Source of the DNA: Chara braunii
Taxonomy: Eukaryota > Plantae > Charophyceae
Direction of reading: 5' to 3'
Assembly: GCA_003427395.1 (NCBI GenBank)
Contig: BFEA01000028.1
Span: 1,969,022 to 2,033,021, forward strand
DNA length: 64,000 nt
The notes under the pieces were generated by a model. It had not been told where the DNA came from. It made no database searches and saw only the letters and a list, made by a program, of their open reading frames with translations. Position numbers and translations under genes: made by a program. This document shows, piece by piece, positions 1 to 12,400 of the stretch (its first letter is position 1; each line of letters begins with the position of its first letter).

Positions 1-83
<83 letters not shown>

Positions 84-275
84 CTGTGTCTGTGTGTCTG
101 TCTGTGCTGCTGCTGCTGCTGCTGGGCTCGCCCGCATTGAGTGGCCGACAGTCAAGGCTGGCTGCTGCCCGCCTACCCTCTCATCTCCATGTCACCTCCG
201 CCTTCATGTCCAGAGGCGCGACTTCTCTCTCTCTCTCTCTCTCCCTCCCTCCCTCCCTCCCTCCCTCCCTCCCTC
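1..275. repeat. (TC)n, (TG)n, (GCT)n and (CCCT)n microsatellites
   Basis: Direct reading; the overlapping short ORFs are low-complexity translations. Confidence 0.95.
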
Positions 276-708
276 TCACTTGCCGTTGGGTCGGGTAGTA
301 TCGCTTGTATCGCCTGTCAGTCCGATTGGGGAAAGGATCATCGTCAAATGTGTCCGTTTGTTCTTTGCAACTTCGCGGTAACAAACTTCGTGGTGTGTGC
401 ACGTCATGCATGCATGCATTAATGAATTAATTCATTAATTAACGTCTTTTTTAGTATCTGTATATATGTGAAATACAGCAGTGCGGATGCAAACGGTCGA
501 AGAAGTACGGCGCTCGTCGTGTCACCCTCGTCGAGCACGCGGAAGGGTCTCTACTGGTAGGCTATATGCACGTCGCGCACGTCGCGGTGGGGCCTATCGA
601 TCATCAGGCAACGGCGCTGAGCGGGGAGGGACGTGGAGGGGCGGGACCCCTGGTAGATGATCGCGGGGAGGGACGGCTGGGGGCCCGTGAACGTAGCCGA
701 GGAGCACA

Positions 709-807
709 GGGGCTAGGTCCCACTTACACGAATTAAGCGATATTGACCGTAGATAGCAAAGATCAACGGCCAGAATCTCTTAATCCGTGCAAGTGGGACC
801 TTGCCCC
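709..807. mobile_element. ~100-bp palindromic mini-element (MITE-like), copy 1
   Basis: GGGGCTAGGTCCCACTT...AAGTGGGACCTTGCCCC forms an imperfect hairpin over its whole length; a related copy lies at 1265-1341. Confidence 0.6.
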
Positions 808-1061
808 AGGTGAGGAGAGGGAAAGGATCGCGGCGGCTCACCGCGGCTCGCTGCGGCGAAGAAGCCGGCAGACGTGTCCCCAAGGAGATTTTCACCGGCC
901 GTCATCGGCGGGCTGAAAGGCTGAACTCCTTTTTTCTGTTTTCTGTTTTTTTTTTTCGGGCGGGGCGAACTTCGGCCCTAGTTGCACTACTCGCCATCCG
1001 CCAAGATTTCGAAAGCATTCTGGACAACATGGTGTCCACATGCATTCAAAATGTTGGCGGA

Positions 1062-1152
1062 GTCCTTCGAGACATCAGTTAAAATTGGAACGATACAGTG
1101 AGTCCAAGGGTGACACGCATAAAAATAAAATAAAAAAATAATAAAATTAAAA
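1062..1152 (+). pseudogene. U6: U6 snRNA retropseudogene (internally deleted, 3'-truncated, A-rich tail)
   Basis: GTCCTTCGAGACATCAGTTAAAATTGGAACGATACAG...CAAGGGTGACACGCATAAA matches plant U6; A-rich tail 1121-1152; 14-bp TSD AAAATGTTGGCGGA at 1048-1061 and 1153-1166. Confidence 0.92.
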
Positions 1153-1221
1153 AAAATGTTGGCGGATGGCGAGTAGTGCGACGAGGCCCTTCGTCCCCTT
1201 CGATGGGCCATCGAAGAAGGT

Positions 1222-1490
1222 CGGTCCTGATGCTACCGGCGACTGACTCCTGGCCGCGGGCCGGGGGGCTAGGTCCCATTTGCACGATAGCAGAGATCAA
1301 CGGCCGAGATCTCCTAATTTGCGCAAGTGGGACCTTGCCCCGATATCGCCCACCTGCTGTAGCAGGGGTATCGCACCTGCTGCTGGTGGGTGCAGCTCCC
1401 GCATGTTCCCTCGTTGGAGGCTTGAGCACGGATGTGGCTGCTGGCTGCTACGGGGTTCCCCGTAATAATACTATAATGACAATAAAAAAA
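1222..1490 (+). mobile_element. SINE/LINE 3'-body remnant with A-rich tail
   Basis: Shares the blocks CCTGATGCTACCGG, ATCGCCCACC, CCCGCATGTTC and GCTGCTACGG..TCCCCGTA with the body of the tRNA-derived SINE at 34732-35145 (minus strand); A-rich end ~1463-1490. Confidence 0.55.
1265..1341. mobile_element. palindromic mini-element, copy 2 (internally deleted)
   Basis: Same termini as 709-807; interrupts sequence that is contiguous in the homologous SINE near 34.9 kb. Confidence 0.55.
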
Positions 1491-1950
1491 GGCCTGAAAG
1501 GCCGTCCTGTCCAGATTCGACAGGTAATTGAATTGGCCCTTTTTTTTTTACTTCGTCCCCTTTCGGTCTTTCACCTAACGCTGTAACGTGGCTTGTGCTC
1601 GTCCCGCGTTTTCAGTTTCCTACGTTCATTTCACTTCCCGCGTTTTTCCGTACCTCCCTCTTGCCTTCCTCGCTTTTGCCTCTCCTTTCCACCTCGTTCG
1701 GTCGGGAACTGCCTCCTCCCCTCCACGTTCTTTCGCATGGCGATCCACGACGGCTTCGTTCACGCTCAAGTCAGCGGCCAGTCTGGTGGGCAACACAGAA
1801 GGGAACAAAAAAGGGGGGCAAAGAGGACAAAGATGAGAGAAGAAACAATACATACTGAAGAACTGATAGAGGTAGCCTCGTTCCCTCAGGCGACAAATGT
1901 GTGCCTAGTAACCGGCCTCTAAAGAAAAGAAAAAAAAAAAAAAAAAAAAA

Positions 1951-2121
1951 CTGATAGAATCCATCCCGTGTGACTTGCCGCACCACTCACCACATGTCCG
2001 AAACGAGTGTATGGGATCCAAAAATCAAGTGACACTGATAGAATCCATCCCATGTGACTCTCCGCTCCACTCACCACATGTCCGAAACGAGTGCATGGGA
2101 TCCAAAAATCAAGTGACACTG
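1951..2121. repeat. 84-bp tandem duplication (2 copies)
   Basis: CTGATAGAATCCATCCC...AATCAAGTGACA at 1951 and 2035. Confidence 0.9.
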
Positions 2122-2523
2122 TTATGGTGGCCGGTTCGGTTAGACGCGTGCGTGTTTCAGTCCGCGAAAGTCTCCTTGGTAGCGACCGCGACTGTTCTAC
2201 CAGGGGCGTCACCGCCTTGATGGCGCCATAGCAGGTCTGTCCTCCTTACCGCTCGCCATGCTTCGAGTGGCCTGCCTCACGGTGGTGGTATGTATGAAAC
2301 GTTCAAACCTCACGCCCTGTTCTGTCTTCCAGTCGGAGTAACTAAAAAATGTGGAACAGGCCATGAAAAAACAGCAAAAGGGGGTGTGTCAAGGATTTTT
2401 GGAAAATTGAGTGTGGGGACACAGACGGAACTGAAGTCCCCCATGTGGTTCCAATTTTAGTGAGAAATGGCCATAGCGGCGCAGGAGAGAAATAGTGCGC
2501 GCTACTTTCAAACATTCGTTTAA

Positions 2524-2988
2524 GCCACCAGTACTTGGCCCAGCTATCCAGTCCGAGCCTCGGCCGACCGGTATGCCGAGCCTTGCNNNNNNNNNNNNNN
2601 NNNNNNNNNNNNNNNNNNNNNNNNNNNNNNNNNNNNNNNNNNNNNNNNNNNNNNNNNNNNNNNNNNNNNNNNNNNNNNNNNNNNNNNNNNNNNNNNNNNN
2701 NNNNNNNNNNNNNNNNNNNNNNNNNNNNNNNNNNNNNNNNNNNNNNNNNNNNNNNNNNNNNNNNNNNNNNNNNNNNNNNNNNNNNNNNNNNNNNNNNNNN
2801 NNNNNNNNNNNNNNNNNNNNNNNNNNNNNNNNNNNNNNNNNNNNNNNNNNNNNNNNNNNNNNNNNNNNNNNNNNNNNNNNNNNNNNNNNNNNNNNNNNNN
2901 NNNNNNNNNNNNNNNNNNNNNNNNNNNNNNNNNNNNNNNNNNNNNNNNNNNNNNNNNNNNNNNNNNNNNNNNNNNNNNNNNNNNNNNN

Positions 2989-3075
<87 letters not shown>

Positions 3076-3496
3076 CGTTCCCCTTACGGGGCGCCTATAA
3101 CATAGGATCCGTTTCTCTTCTTTGTTTTCGTTTTTTTTTTGTGTTTTTATTTTGGGGTAACTTCGGCGCAGTCACGAAAACAGTTTGTAATTGCACTTCA
3201 CGCAATCCCGCGAATACAACACACCCCCACGCGACCCCACCGGACCCGAAACGTCGGTCACATACATTCAGCATTACCGGCCCTTTTGCCTCAAGTGCAA
3301 TTACAAACTCAATCCCTGATTGCGCCGTAGTTTTATCTTTTATTTTTCCTTTTCTTACACTTCTTAGGTGACATCCCGTAGTTGGTGGGCCCCGGCCAAG
3401 AAGCAACGACCGGGCCTTCCCTTGGGCGACCTCCGCAGGCCCCGACGCGTTAACGGGGAAGGCCCGCGGCCGATAGCTGGGCCAAGTACTGGTGGT
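2524..3496. mobile_element. non-autonomous TIR DNA transposon with TTAA target duplication (spans N gap)
   Basis: TTAA|GCCACCAGTACTTGGCCCAGCTAT ... ATAGCTGGGCCAAGTACTGGTGGT|TTAA; the homologous LTR near 45230 shows the empty site (TTCAATCCAAAAGGTATC). Confidence 0.75.
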
Positions 3497-3641
3497 TTAA
3501 TCCAAAAAGTATCTTTGAACTTCCATGCGGCTACTCAACATCTTTTTGAACAGAAAGGTGGGGGCACGCACGTGGGATCTCGTTTTCAAATGAAGTCCTG
3601 GTGCTGTTCATTGCAGAGCTCGCAATCCGACATGGACAGCC

Positions 3642-4029
3642 TCAACCTGGTTTTGCTCTTTCGTTGTGTTCGTCCTCGCCACGTGCCGGGTAATGGAAAC
3701 CCTTTTTCCGATAATGTTCGGTGCGGGGGCAATCGCTACACAGAGTGTTGGGCCAATGAGGTGCCACCGCCGTCCACGGGATGACAATCAATTTGTTAAA
3801 GACAATAATAAGGAGTACGGGGGAAATGAGTATCAAAAATGGCAAAAATCGGGCCTACAAATTCTAAGCACTTTGTTTGGGAAGGAAAATAATAGCGCCC
3901 GCCGAACTTGGCGACGACTTCTCGCACGTGCCACTCATATACACGTGTCTTGTCCTCGTTACACGGGAACGGGCGTGGTGGGGATGCGGGAGGTCGACGC
4001 CCAGTCGGATCGGTGTAATCGGTCCACAT
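3642..4029 (-). pseudogene. frameshifted copy of unknown LTR-embedded ORF
   Basis: MWTDYTDPTGRRPPASPPRPFP... plus LIVIPWTAVAPHWPNTLC in a second frame; homologous to ORF 45232-45765. Confidence 0.6.
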
Positions 4030-4129
4030 AGCATAAGCAAGGCTGATTGGGTATGTCTACTCAATCCCTTGTTCAATCAAGGGAATAAACAGACACAACA
4101 CTATGTTCGCATTATCTTTCATCCACCAA

Positions 4130-4484
4130 CAGTTACTGCCATTTCGTCAAAATTGACATCTTTTATTTTCTGAACGAAATTGAAACCGAGTTTATTTGCC
4201 CAAAACTCCGAGTCGTCAAAATTTGTTGTTCCTGAGGGTCCGGCGTTTCTAAAATACTGGACCCCCTGGCTGTACATGGACCTAGCTTGAGACCAGGTAC
4301 CTCCAGGCAGTCCTGCCTGGAGGTGCCTGATCTCAAGCTAGGTCCATGTACAGCCAGAGGTTCCAGTGTAAGACGCTGGACCCTAAGGAACAACAAATTT
4401 TGACGAGTTTTCGGCCAAAAAACTCAGTTTCAATTTCGTTCAAAAAATAAAAAATGTTCATTTTGACGAAATGGTCGTTCACTG
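4130..4484. mobile_element. ~355-bp foldback MITE (near-complete palindrome) inserted in LTR
   Basis: CAGT...ACTG termini; arms pair from CCATTTCGTCAAAAT/ATTTTGACGAAATGG inward to CCTCCAGGCAG-TC-CTGCCTGGAGG; not seen in the homologous LTR. Confidence 0.8.
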
Positions 4485-6499
4485 TGCAAGTCAATCCGAT
4501 GCGTGAGTCTATGCAATCCGATCCAATCAAGAAGACAACAATCATTCATTCGCACAAGTAGTTAAGCATGCATCAAAATAATCATATCAGAATCCTAATT
4601 CGTTCCCGTCATCAGAGCAACAGCTCAATCGATGCATACATGTAAGAGATCACTCATGCATAAACCATCAGATACTAAGGAGCAAAGGGAGGGACGGGCC
4701 AAGATCACCCGAGCTTGCTGGTCTCTCCAATTCAACGATGCTCGTCCTCGAGAGATCTGATTGAATTCAATAAGACGAGTGGGACATGACCTGAGGAGTT
4801 GGTAGGGACGAGGGAGTCATTAGAACATTTAGACATTCATGAATAAAATATTAAAAGAGAGAGAAGGAGAGAGAGGGGTAAGGTTGAAATATGTGGACGG
4901 AGTTGTAGCTTGCCCGAAGAAGGGGACTAAGGAAAAAGGAGTTATGAGCATACAAATAGATCTGAAGAAAATAAAATTGTCAATCCGTCGTGGACTTAGC
5001 TTCCACAATAAGAGGAGGAACCGAAGATCAAGCCGCGCAAGCCTTCTGCTCTCTGACTATGGCCTCAGGCCATTCAACCACTCGTACATACACACCTTTC
5101 TTATCCAGGTACTGGCAATCTCGACCACCACATACCAACCTCCACACCTCAACGATCGTCACCCCGCCAACTCAGCTTCTACATCGACTTGCCCAGATAT
5201 CACAGTCCGTCCTGACCACCCGGTGCACAGCCTTGCAAAACTACAATCAGCCCGTCATGACTTTTCGACTCGCCGTGCACACATATAATATAACGACGAC
5301 TTCCCTGAAGTTGGCAGATGGGTTAAGAGAGGTTTTCAGATGCGTTTGTGGATTTTATAGTTGTGAAGAGGGAGATGATAGAAGATGGGAGGGAATGGGG
5401 CGAAGGTAGGAGGGGGTGAAGAGGGAGTTCGGGTTAATCGCCCGGGGAAAGTCATATCAATCCTCGCGAGTTCTTTCGCGGCCAATCAGATCACAACGTG
5501 AGGGGAGTATCCTCCTTGCACGATGCGGTCTGACGACTCGAACACTCTAGGGGGGGATCGGTAGGGAGTTTTTGTAGGTGGATGAAGGCGAGAAGAAGGA
5601 GGGCACAAAGAGTAGTGTGGAGCAGGACCAAAATTCAGACGGAAAGGAGAGGGAGAGAAGTGTGAAGGGAGAGGGGATGAAAAACAATTACGGGTGGAGG
5701 AAAGAAGGCGCGAAGAAGAGAGAGGTGAAGATGGCATGGGTTATAGCAGGAAGCGGGGGAAGTTTGCATGCATGGCACCGACACAGAGATGAAAAGACAC
5801 AAAAATAGTTACATTTCGTTCATTCTAACTCTAAAACTAATTGAAGATTGAAAAATTCAAAAGACGATATATGCGCGTGAGATTGGGTACGAGAACTTTA
5901 AAAATCCTACGCCTATTCAGATCCCTACTGAAAATTCACAGGGCTTTCAAGAGCGAAGTAAGGAACAGTCACTTGCAAGAAAGGATATGTCAACGAGAGG
6001 TGCGACCACAAATTCCAAAATTCTCAACTGTCGACCAAAATTCCTAGTACGCTCACTAAGGCGCGTGTAAGTCCTACGTAAATTCAGAGAGAAATTGCGA
6101 AAAAGTTTGAGAAAAACAACGTTTTAAAAGTGGGAGAGCCTCGTCACCCATTAATTTCATGCATCATCCACCAACCAAAAAGAAGGGTACCCCTAAAATC
6201 CGTTAGAGATTGAAAAGCACAAATAACAAAACCCAAGACTTCAAAAGTTCGTTCATGTACAAAAGTTGGTACGTCACAGGTGAGACGGTAACAAGGCGGA
6301 GAGTTCAGTCGGCTAGAACCCAAGCCTCCGTCCTACAGGTTCAGACAGTTTCATGCTCGATAGTGCCTGTTAGCACTTGATTAAAGATAAGTTTAGGGTT
6401 TCTCGTTAATATGTCGGTCCTTAGCGTACGTGAGACTATGTGCTTGGAGGAGGGATACCCTTGACAATCAACTATGAATTGTTTGCTCTCGTCATTTTT

Positions 6500-9400
6500 C
6501 GCTCTCAATGCCTAAGCTGTTCAATTATTATTATCTCTCTATATCTCTAACTACCATTTTTATTGAAGTATTAAGACGAACATTATGGAGGTTGAACAAC
6601 AAGAGAACGACAACAATAATGATGACCCTCACTTCCCCCCCCCCGATCCCGAAATGGACAGGGAAGACGAGGACCGATTACGAGAGTTGGTACGCCTCTG
6701 CTACGAGGAAGGCGTTTTGCCTTCAGACATTGACCCATAAAAAATGGAGAGAGATGGAAGAGAGGTTCAATTTAGGATCAACACCTTTATTGACTGAGTC
6801 AAGGTAAATTCAATTTCTTCCAAAAAAAGTGAAAGATAATATAGCAAGAGCGTATGAAAATCATAAACTTTAGGAAGGCACATTTGAAGTTGATTCTTTT
6901 AGTCCGAGATGAATTAAGGTCGAGATTCCAAACGTAGTATCCTACATAGCCAAGAGTAAGGTTTTGCCTCATGGATGGTCATCAATGACCAAGATCCGGT
7001 CACTCTGGGACCCACCAAATATAGATTGAAGTTCAAACCCTGGTTAACTAAAACCCAACTGAGAGATCAGAGGAGACAAAAAAACCAATTATTCTTCGAG
7101 GTCGTTGCTGTCCAAGTTCCCCTAGACTCTTTCTGTTATCTTGAGGCTCAGATTCACAAAGTGATAGGTCCAATTGTTAGGACCCACCCAGTGGAAACCG
7201 ACTGCCGAAAACCATCGCTTATCAACGTAAAATTTGATATCGATCCAGAGATGAGGGGTAACATGAAAGACAAAATTATTGTCATCACTGCAGAAGGGGA
7301 CGAATTGTCGATCAACCTGGTGTGCTTGGATACCTCGAGATGTTGCAAGTGTCCGACTTTCTTCCATGAAGAAACGCAGTGCTGAAAGGCTCAAAGGTGA
7401 CGTTAATAGGGCCAGAATACCCACAACCTCAAGTTTGCGGTCTGAGTGCAGCGCAAGGTGCATCTTCAAATCAAGCGTACCAAGGAGTCATGGGCCCAAG
7501 TGGCTTACACAATCCCCAAACTACGGGGATGAACGCTTCACCTCGTATGCAACAAGGCTTTCAACCGTGTGATGCCATGCGATTCAGTCAGACCTTCTTT
7601 TCAGCCTCCCTCTTAAAAGGGGAAGCCCACAAGCGTTCCAGTATGAGCAGACCACTCTTCATCACCAAGCCTCATTTAAGGGTTTGAAAAACTGGTTAGG
7701 GCAGGCTTACGCCCCTTGGTTGCAGCATCAGTTCCCTCTGCAACCTTTCCCCCCTCAGGGAGGGTTGGCGGTAGGACGTTCGATGTATTTTGGCATGCCT
7801 TGTGCCCTTGTAGGTGTGGTTGGCTAGGGTTCTCGGACCATCCCACCAGTGGGGCCCCCACCCCAGGTGGTAGCTGATGCAGCAAACGCTACCCCACAAG
7901 GGGAATCATGCAACCGGAGCAGAAGAGGTTATAAGTGTTGCGAACAATGGAAACGATTCGCAGTCTCGTCCACGATCGTCAATGGTGGGCAAGCAACGAC
8001 ACTTAAGCTATGAAGGCAACTTCATCATGGCTGGCTTGGCAGGTGGAGGATAATATTTGGAACCTTTACTACCTCGCTCAGAAGACTTGCAGGATCAAAT
8101 TTGAAAAGTGGGCACTCAAGGCAGCAAGACAACTCGACGCAGGGCTCCAATCGCTTAGGCTCGAGAGCAAATCCAGAATGTGAAGAGAAAAATCCTACCA
8201 CTCTTCTGCACAATTATCCTAAACAACACTTGGGTGTTGGCTTTGACATCTCCCTGGTAAGCCACCCCTTATAGCACAAGCCATGCCATCTGCGATGGTT
8301 TCTCTCATTAGATCAGTGATCGAAGATCGCTTTCTAATTCGCCTCATCTCGAAGCTCTCAATGCCACGATTTATCAAAGATACCCTGAAGGGAATAGGAA
8401 AAAACTCATATTCCACGCCGCGATCTTAGATGTCAAATTTGTCCATGGGCAATTGGAGAAGTTGGAATCGGAAGGCATGCGCCTTATTCCAGTCTCCTGA
8501 CTGATGGAGAATAAGAAAAATGAGCTCTCTCGTATCCCCCCCTTCCTCCCATCTACTGAATGCCTCTGTGAGGTTGATGTGCGTCTTCAAGCGGATAAGA
8601 AATTAAACTCTATCTTTATCAGATCTCATTTGTTGAAATCCTGGTTGACATATTCTCAAGCTCATTCCTCACAATGTGGCATGAGCTCTAAGGCATCCCC
8701 CTATATGCAGAGCGTTGGGGCTGCAGGTCGTCACAGGCAAGCTTAAGCTTCCCACAAGGAACGTGTGAGGATTAGGCGATATGGCTGGGATATAAAAAAA
8801 TAATAGGTTAAAATCTTGGTTGTTCGATAACAATATTCAGATTGCTAGCCTACAGGAAACAAAATTCAGAAAACATATATTTTTTTGTGTTTGTTAATTG
8901 GTGGGAGGGTCCCCAACTATGGTCTCCGATAATAGGAACCAGAGGTGGGGTTGCTCTTTTAGTTCATCGTAATACAAATCTATAGATTGTCAACTATTAT
9001 TCAAACCTATGGGACGTTGGGAATGATTAAAATGTTTTTTGGATGGGAAATTCTGGATTGTCGCAACGGTGTATGTTTTAGGAGATGTCAAAGCTAGGTG
9101 CAAATTTATCTCAAATCTGTTAGGGATTATCCCTGAGGGCGATTGAGTGATCATAACAGGCGATTGAAATCCCTCACTACACCTTACCAACACCAGTAGG
9201 GTTTCTAGGGATAAAATTCAAATTACGACTCTGATGGAGGGGTTATAACTAATCGATTAATTTTGATTAACCTATCCAGAGGTTCACGGGTTCATATGGT
9301 TCTCAAACAACAGATAATCCTCATGAGTAATAAAACGTAGATTATATATTTTTATTATCTCTGCTAATTTGTGGGAATCAGTAAATCGAAACACCGAGTC

Positions 9401-12400
9401 GTTACATCCAATGTCGAATCACAAACTTGTTTATATGAGTATCTCCACAACAGAAGTTAACGAGGCAAGGGTTTATTTAGATTTAACACTAAAAACTTTG
9501 AGGACCCAAGACTAGCAGATTGGATTAAACATTTTTGGACTGATTAGAAAAACGCCCATTTTCAATCTGAATCAACAGTCGAATTGTGGAATACTGGTTC
9601 AAAAATATTTTCTAACCTTCTTAATGTTTTCGCATGACAGTTGGTACACCACCGAAATAGCAAAGAAACCCAACTCAAAAAACGTACAAAATATGTGAAA
9701 TCTCATATGCCAGAGCACCCAGTCTCAAATTAGGTTTGGGGAAAGGAATGAGCCTCATTACTGGCGGAATGAGACAACCTTCAGTGTCATAACTCAGAAA
9801 ATTGGGTTGAACGGTTATGGGTAAGAGGTATATAAGTCAATGATACGATGACTAGGGAGTCATTTCATAAACCTCTCCCTCGTCGTACCTCAACCCCTAT
9901 AAAAGAACTCGAACACTCTTTCGATGTTAATACTATCCGAGCCAAATAACTTACCACTTTATGTGAGTATGCGACATACTACTATCGTGACGCATTCTCA
10001 CTTCATGTACGCAAGAGGGGCATGTTACTTTCGAACTTCATCTTGCCTCGAGGAGAATGTTAACAACAGTCATATTTCATCACCACTTGAAGACATCCTT
10101 CACCACTTCAGGATGCAGCTTGCCTAAACATGTGGTTTTCAGGGTCTTCGGACCTTTCACCACTTCAGGATATCCTTCATCACTTCAGGATGCAGCCTGC
10201 CTAAAAAGGTGGTTTTCAGGGTCTTCGGACCTTTCACCACTTCAGGACCATTCAGGATTTTCAGACTGCCAAAAACTCTCACTTCACCACTTCAGGACCA
10301 TTCGGGATTTTCAGACTGCCCGAAACTCTCACTTCAGAATTTTCATTCCTGAATTTTCAGCTACCCGTTAACCGCTTGTGCTTGCCTCCCCCTGTTGGGG
10401 TAACATTCGAGATTGGTTGTCCTCGGTTGACAAATTGGATTGAGATAGATTGGTCACCGCTCTTGAGGCGCACAGAGCACTAAAGGCTATGCCAAAACAT
10501 AAGACTCTAGTAGATGACAGACTCCCTGTGGAACTGTAGTTGGTTTTCTAAGATGTCATTGGCGACTGCCTAAGCGATATCTATAATCAAGTCTTAGTGG
10601 ACAGTAGACTGTTCGCAAATATGTGCAACGTGTTATTTAAAAAGGAGAATAAATCATAAATTTGGATCCGGTGTCCGATATAAATCCTAAATGTGTCGTA
10701 TAAAATCCTAGCTAAAGTTATGGATGAAAGACAAGGCCACCACTTACCAGACCTGGTTCATTCAGACCAGGCAACATTTATTCAGGGCCGCTCAAAATTT
10801 TATAACTACAAAAATTGAGTCTTTAAAGATCATACAAAACGATCAAGTTGATATCGATGTTCTCCTCCTAGATCTTAAGAAATCATACGATAGAATTAAC
10901 TGGTCGTATGTCCTCACCACCCTGAATGTAATGTCCTTTGGTCAAAATTTATACAAAATGAGTTGTTGTACTGTACACATTGTTGATTGCGCCAGTCATT
11001 GGGTGTTTGTCCAATCAATTATCTCTCACCCGATCACTGAGGCAAGTTTGTTTGTTAGCCCCTCTCTTGTTTGCAGTACATATGGGGAATGTTCTAAATA
11101 CCATCCAGGCCCATCCTCCGATTATTGGTCTCCCAGTAGGTCTCACACCCTTGAAGGTGAAAGCATTAGTCGATAATCTCGTTGTTGTTACTCGCAATTT
11201 TCTGCAATCCCTTGACGCTCTTAAGCAATGTCTAGATAAGTATATAGTTATCTCTCAAGCGACCATCAAATGGCACAATCAGTTTATTCTGCCCATTCCG
11301 CTTCTCACTAGTGGTTCAGTGGGGCATGAAGTGCATTGATCAGTCTGAATGCTTCTTAGGGGTTCAAATAACTTTGAGTTACTATGAGGACGCACATGAC
11401 AATCATGTTGTAAAAGTGTCTACAACGGGTCAGCTCTTGAGGCAATGCCCCTCATCAACTATGGTGATCAACGGTGCGTTATTCTCACTTTTGTGGTATG
11501 TTGGTAAAGTAAGGGGCCTTAACCAACAAATGTCCCTCATTAAAAGGCGGGCTGCCCGATTCATGTAGAAACCGTACTCAAAAGATGGAGATGACTTTAT
11601 TTCTAAAGTTGCTTAGGAATTGCAATACTCACCTAAATAAGAGGGAGGCTTGGGCATGCTAGATCTGATTAGACAGAATGTGGCCTTGTTGGTATCCTGG
11701 ATAATTAAGGTTAGCATGTCCCGAGAACCTCATCATTGGATTTCACTCGCTGAAAACATTTTGTCCCATGAATGACATATTCCCATACCAGACCATGTGT
11801 GGACTTATCTACTATTAAACTCCTATTAATGTAGATGCATAAAATCGTCATTCTGGAATATCATAATCCAGGCTTGGCGCAAACAATGCCCCAACAACTA
11901 AAGAGCTCATGTAATAACAAGCGAAGTTTTGTTGCAACCGTTATTTGAGAACTCAAGAATCGTATCATATGAGGGCACTTGGTTCAGTGCAGATACATCA
12001 TTGACCATTTTTTGTCGCTCATGGATAGAAAAAGGAGTTCTCATAGTCATGGATATCTGGGATGGCTTCCTGGCAACTGGATCTCCGACTCATCCTTGAG
12101 ACGCTCTCTTGGACATGTGTGTTATTTTGAAGAGAGAAAAACCCTACTAATTTTCGACATCCAAGTTGAATGGAATGACCTTGTGTTTTTCACAACTCCA
12201 GACCGACCAGGTACATGGTTCCACTCATAGTACTCTTCAACTCTACTTTAGCGCCTGATAGAATTCTCAGAAGATGGAAAAGGATCTTCTAGTCATACTC
12301 TGTCCTCCCCTCACATGTGCTTGTGGAAGACGAAGACAATCCACAACCCCAACTCGACATGCCTCTATCGCAAATCATAGTATTTACTTCATCCCTCGAT

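Larger units (their letters stand above)
2291..6278 (+). mobile_element. solo LTR of an LTR retrotransposon (diverged copy, with nested insertions)
   Basis: Colinear homology with 45018-48276 (AACCTCACGCCCTG start block, GATTTTTGGAAA..TGAGTGTGGGGACAC, 3.56-4.03 kb block, CCAAAATTCCTAG); ends GTCACA; flanks GGTA/GGTG could be a mutated 4-bp TSD. Left boundary uncertain by a few bp; orientation not established. Confidence 0.65.

Noticed and set aside
1951-2121. Possible hammerhead in the 84-bp tandem repeat (CTGATAGA...CGAAAC)
   Set aside because: Core is not CUGANGA and the three stems cannot be assembled.
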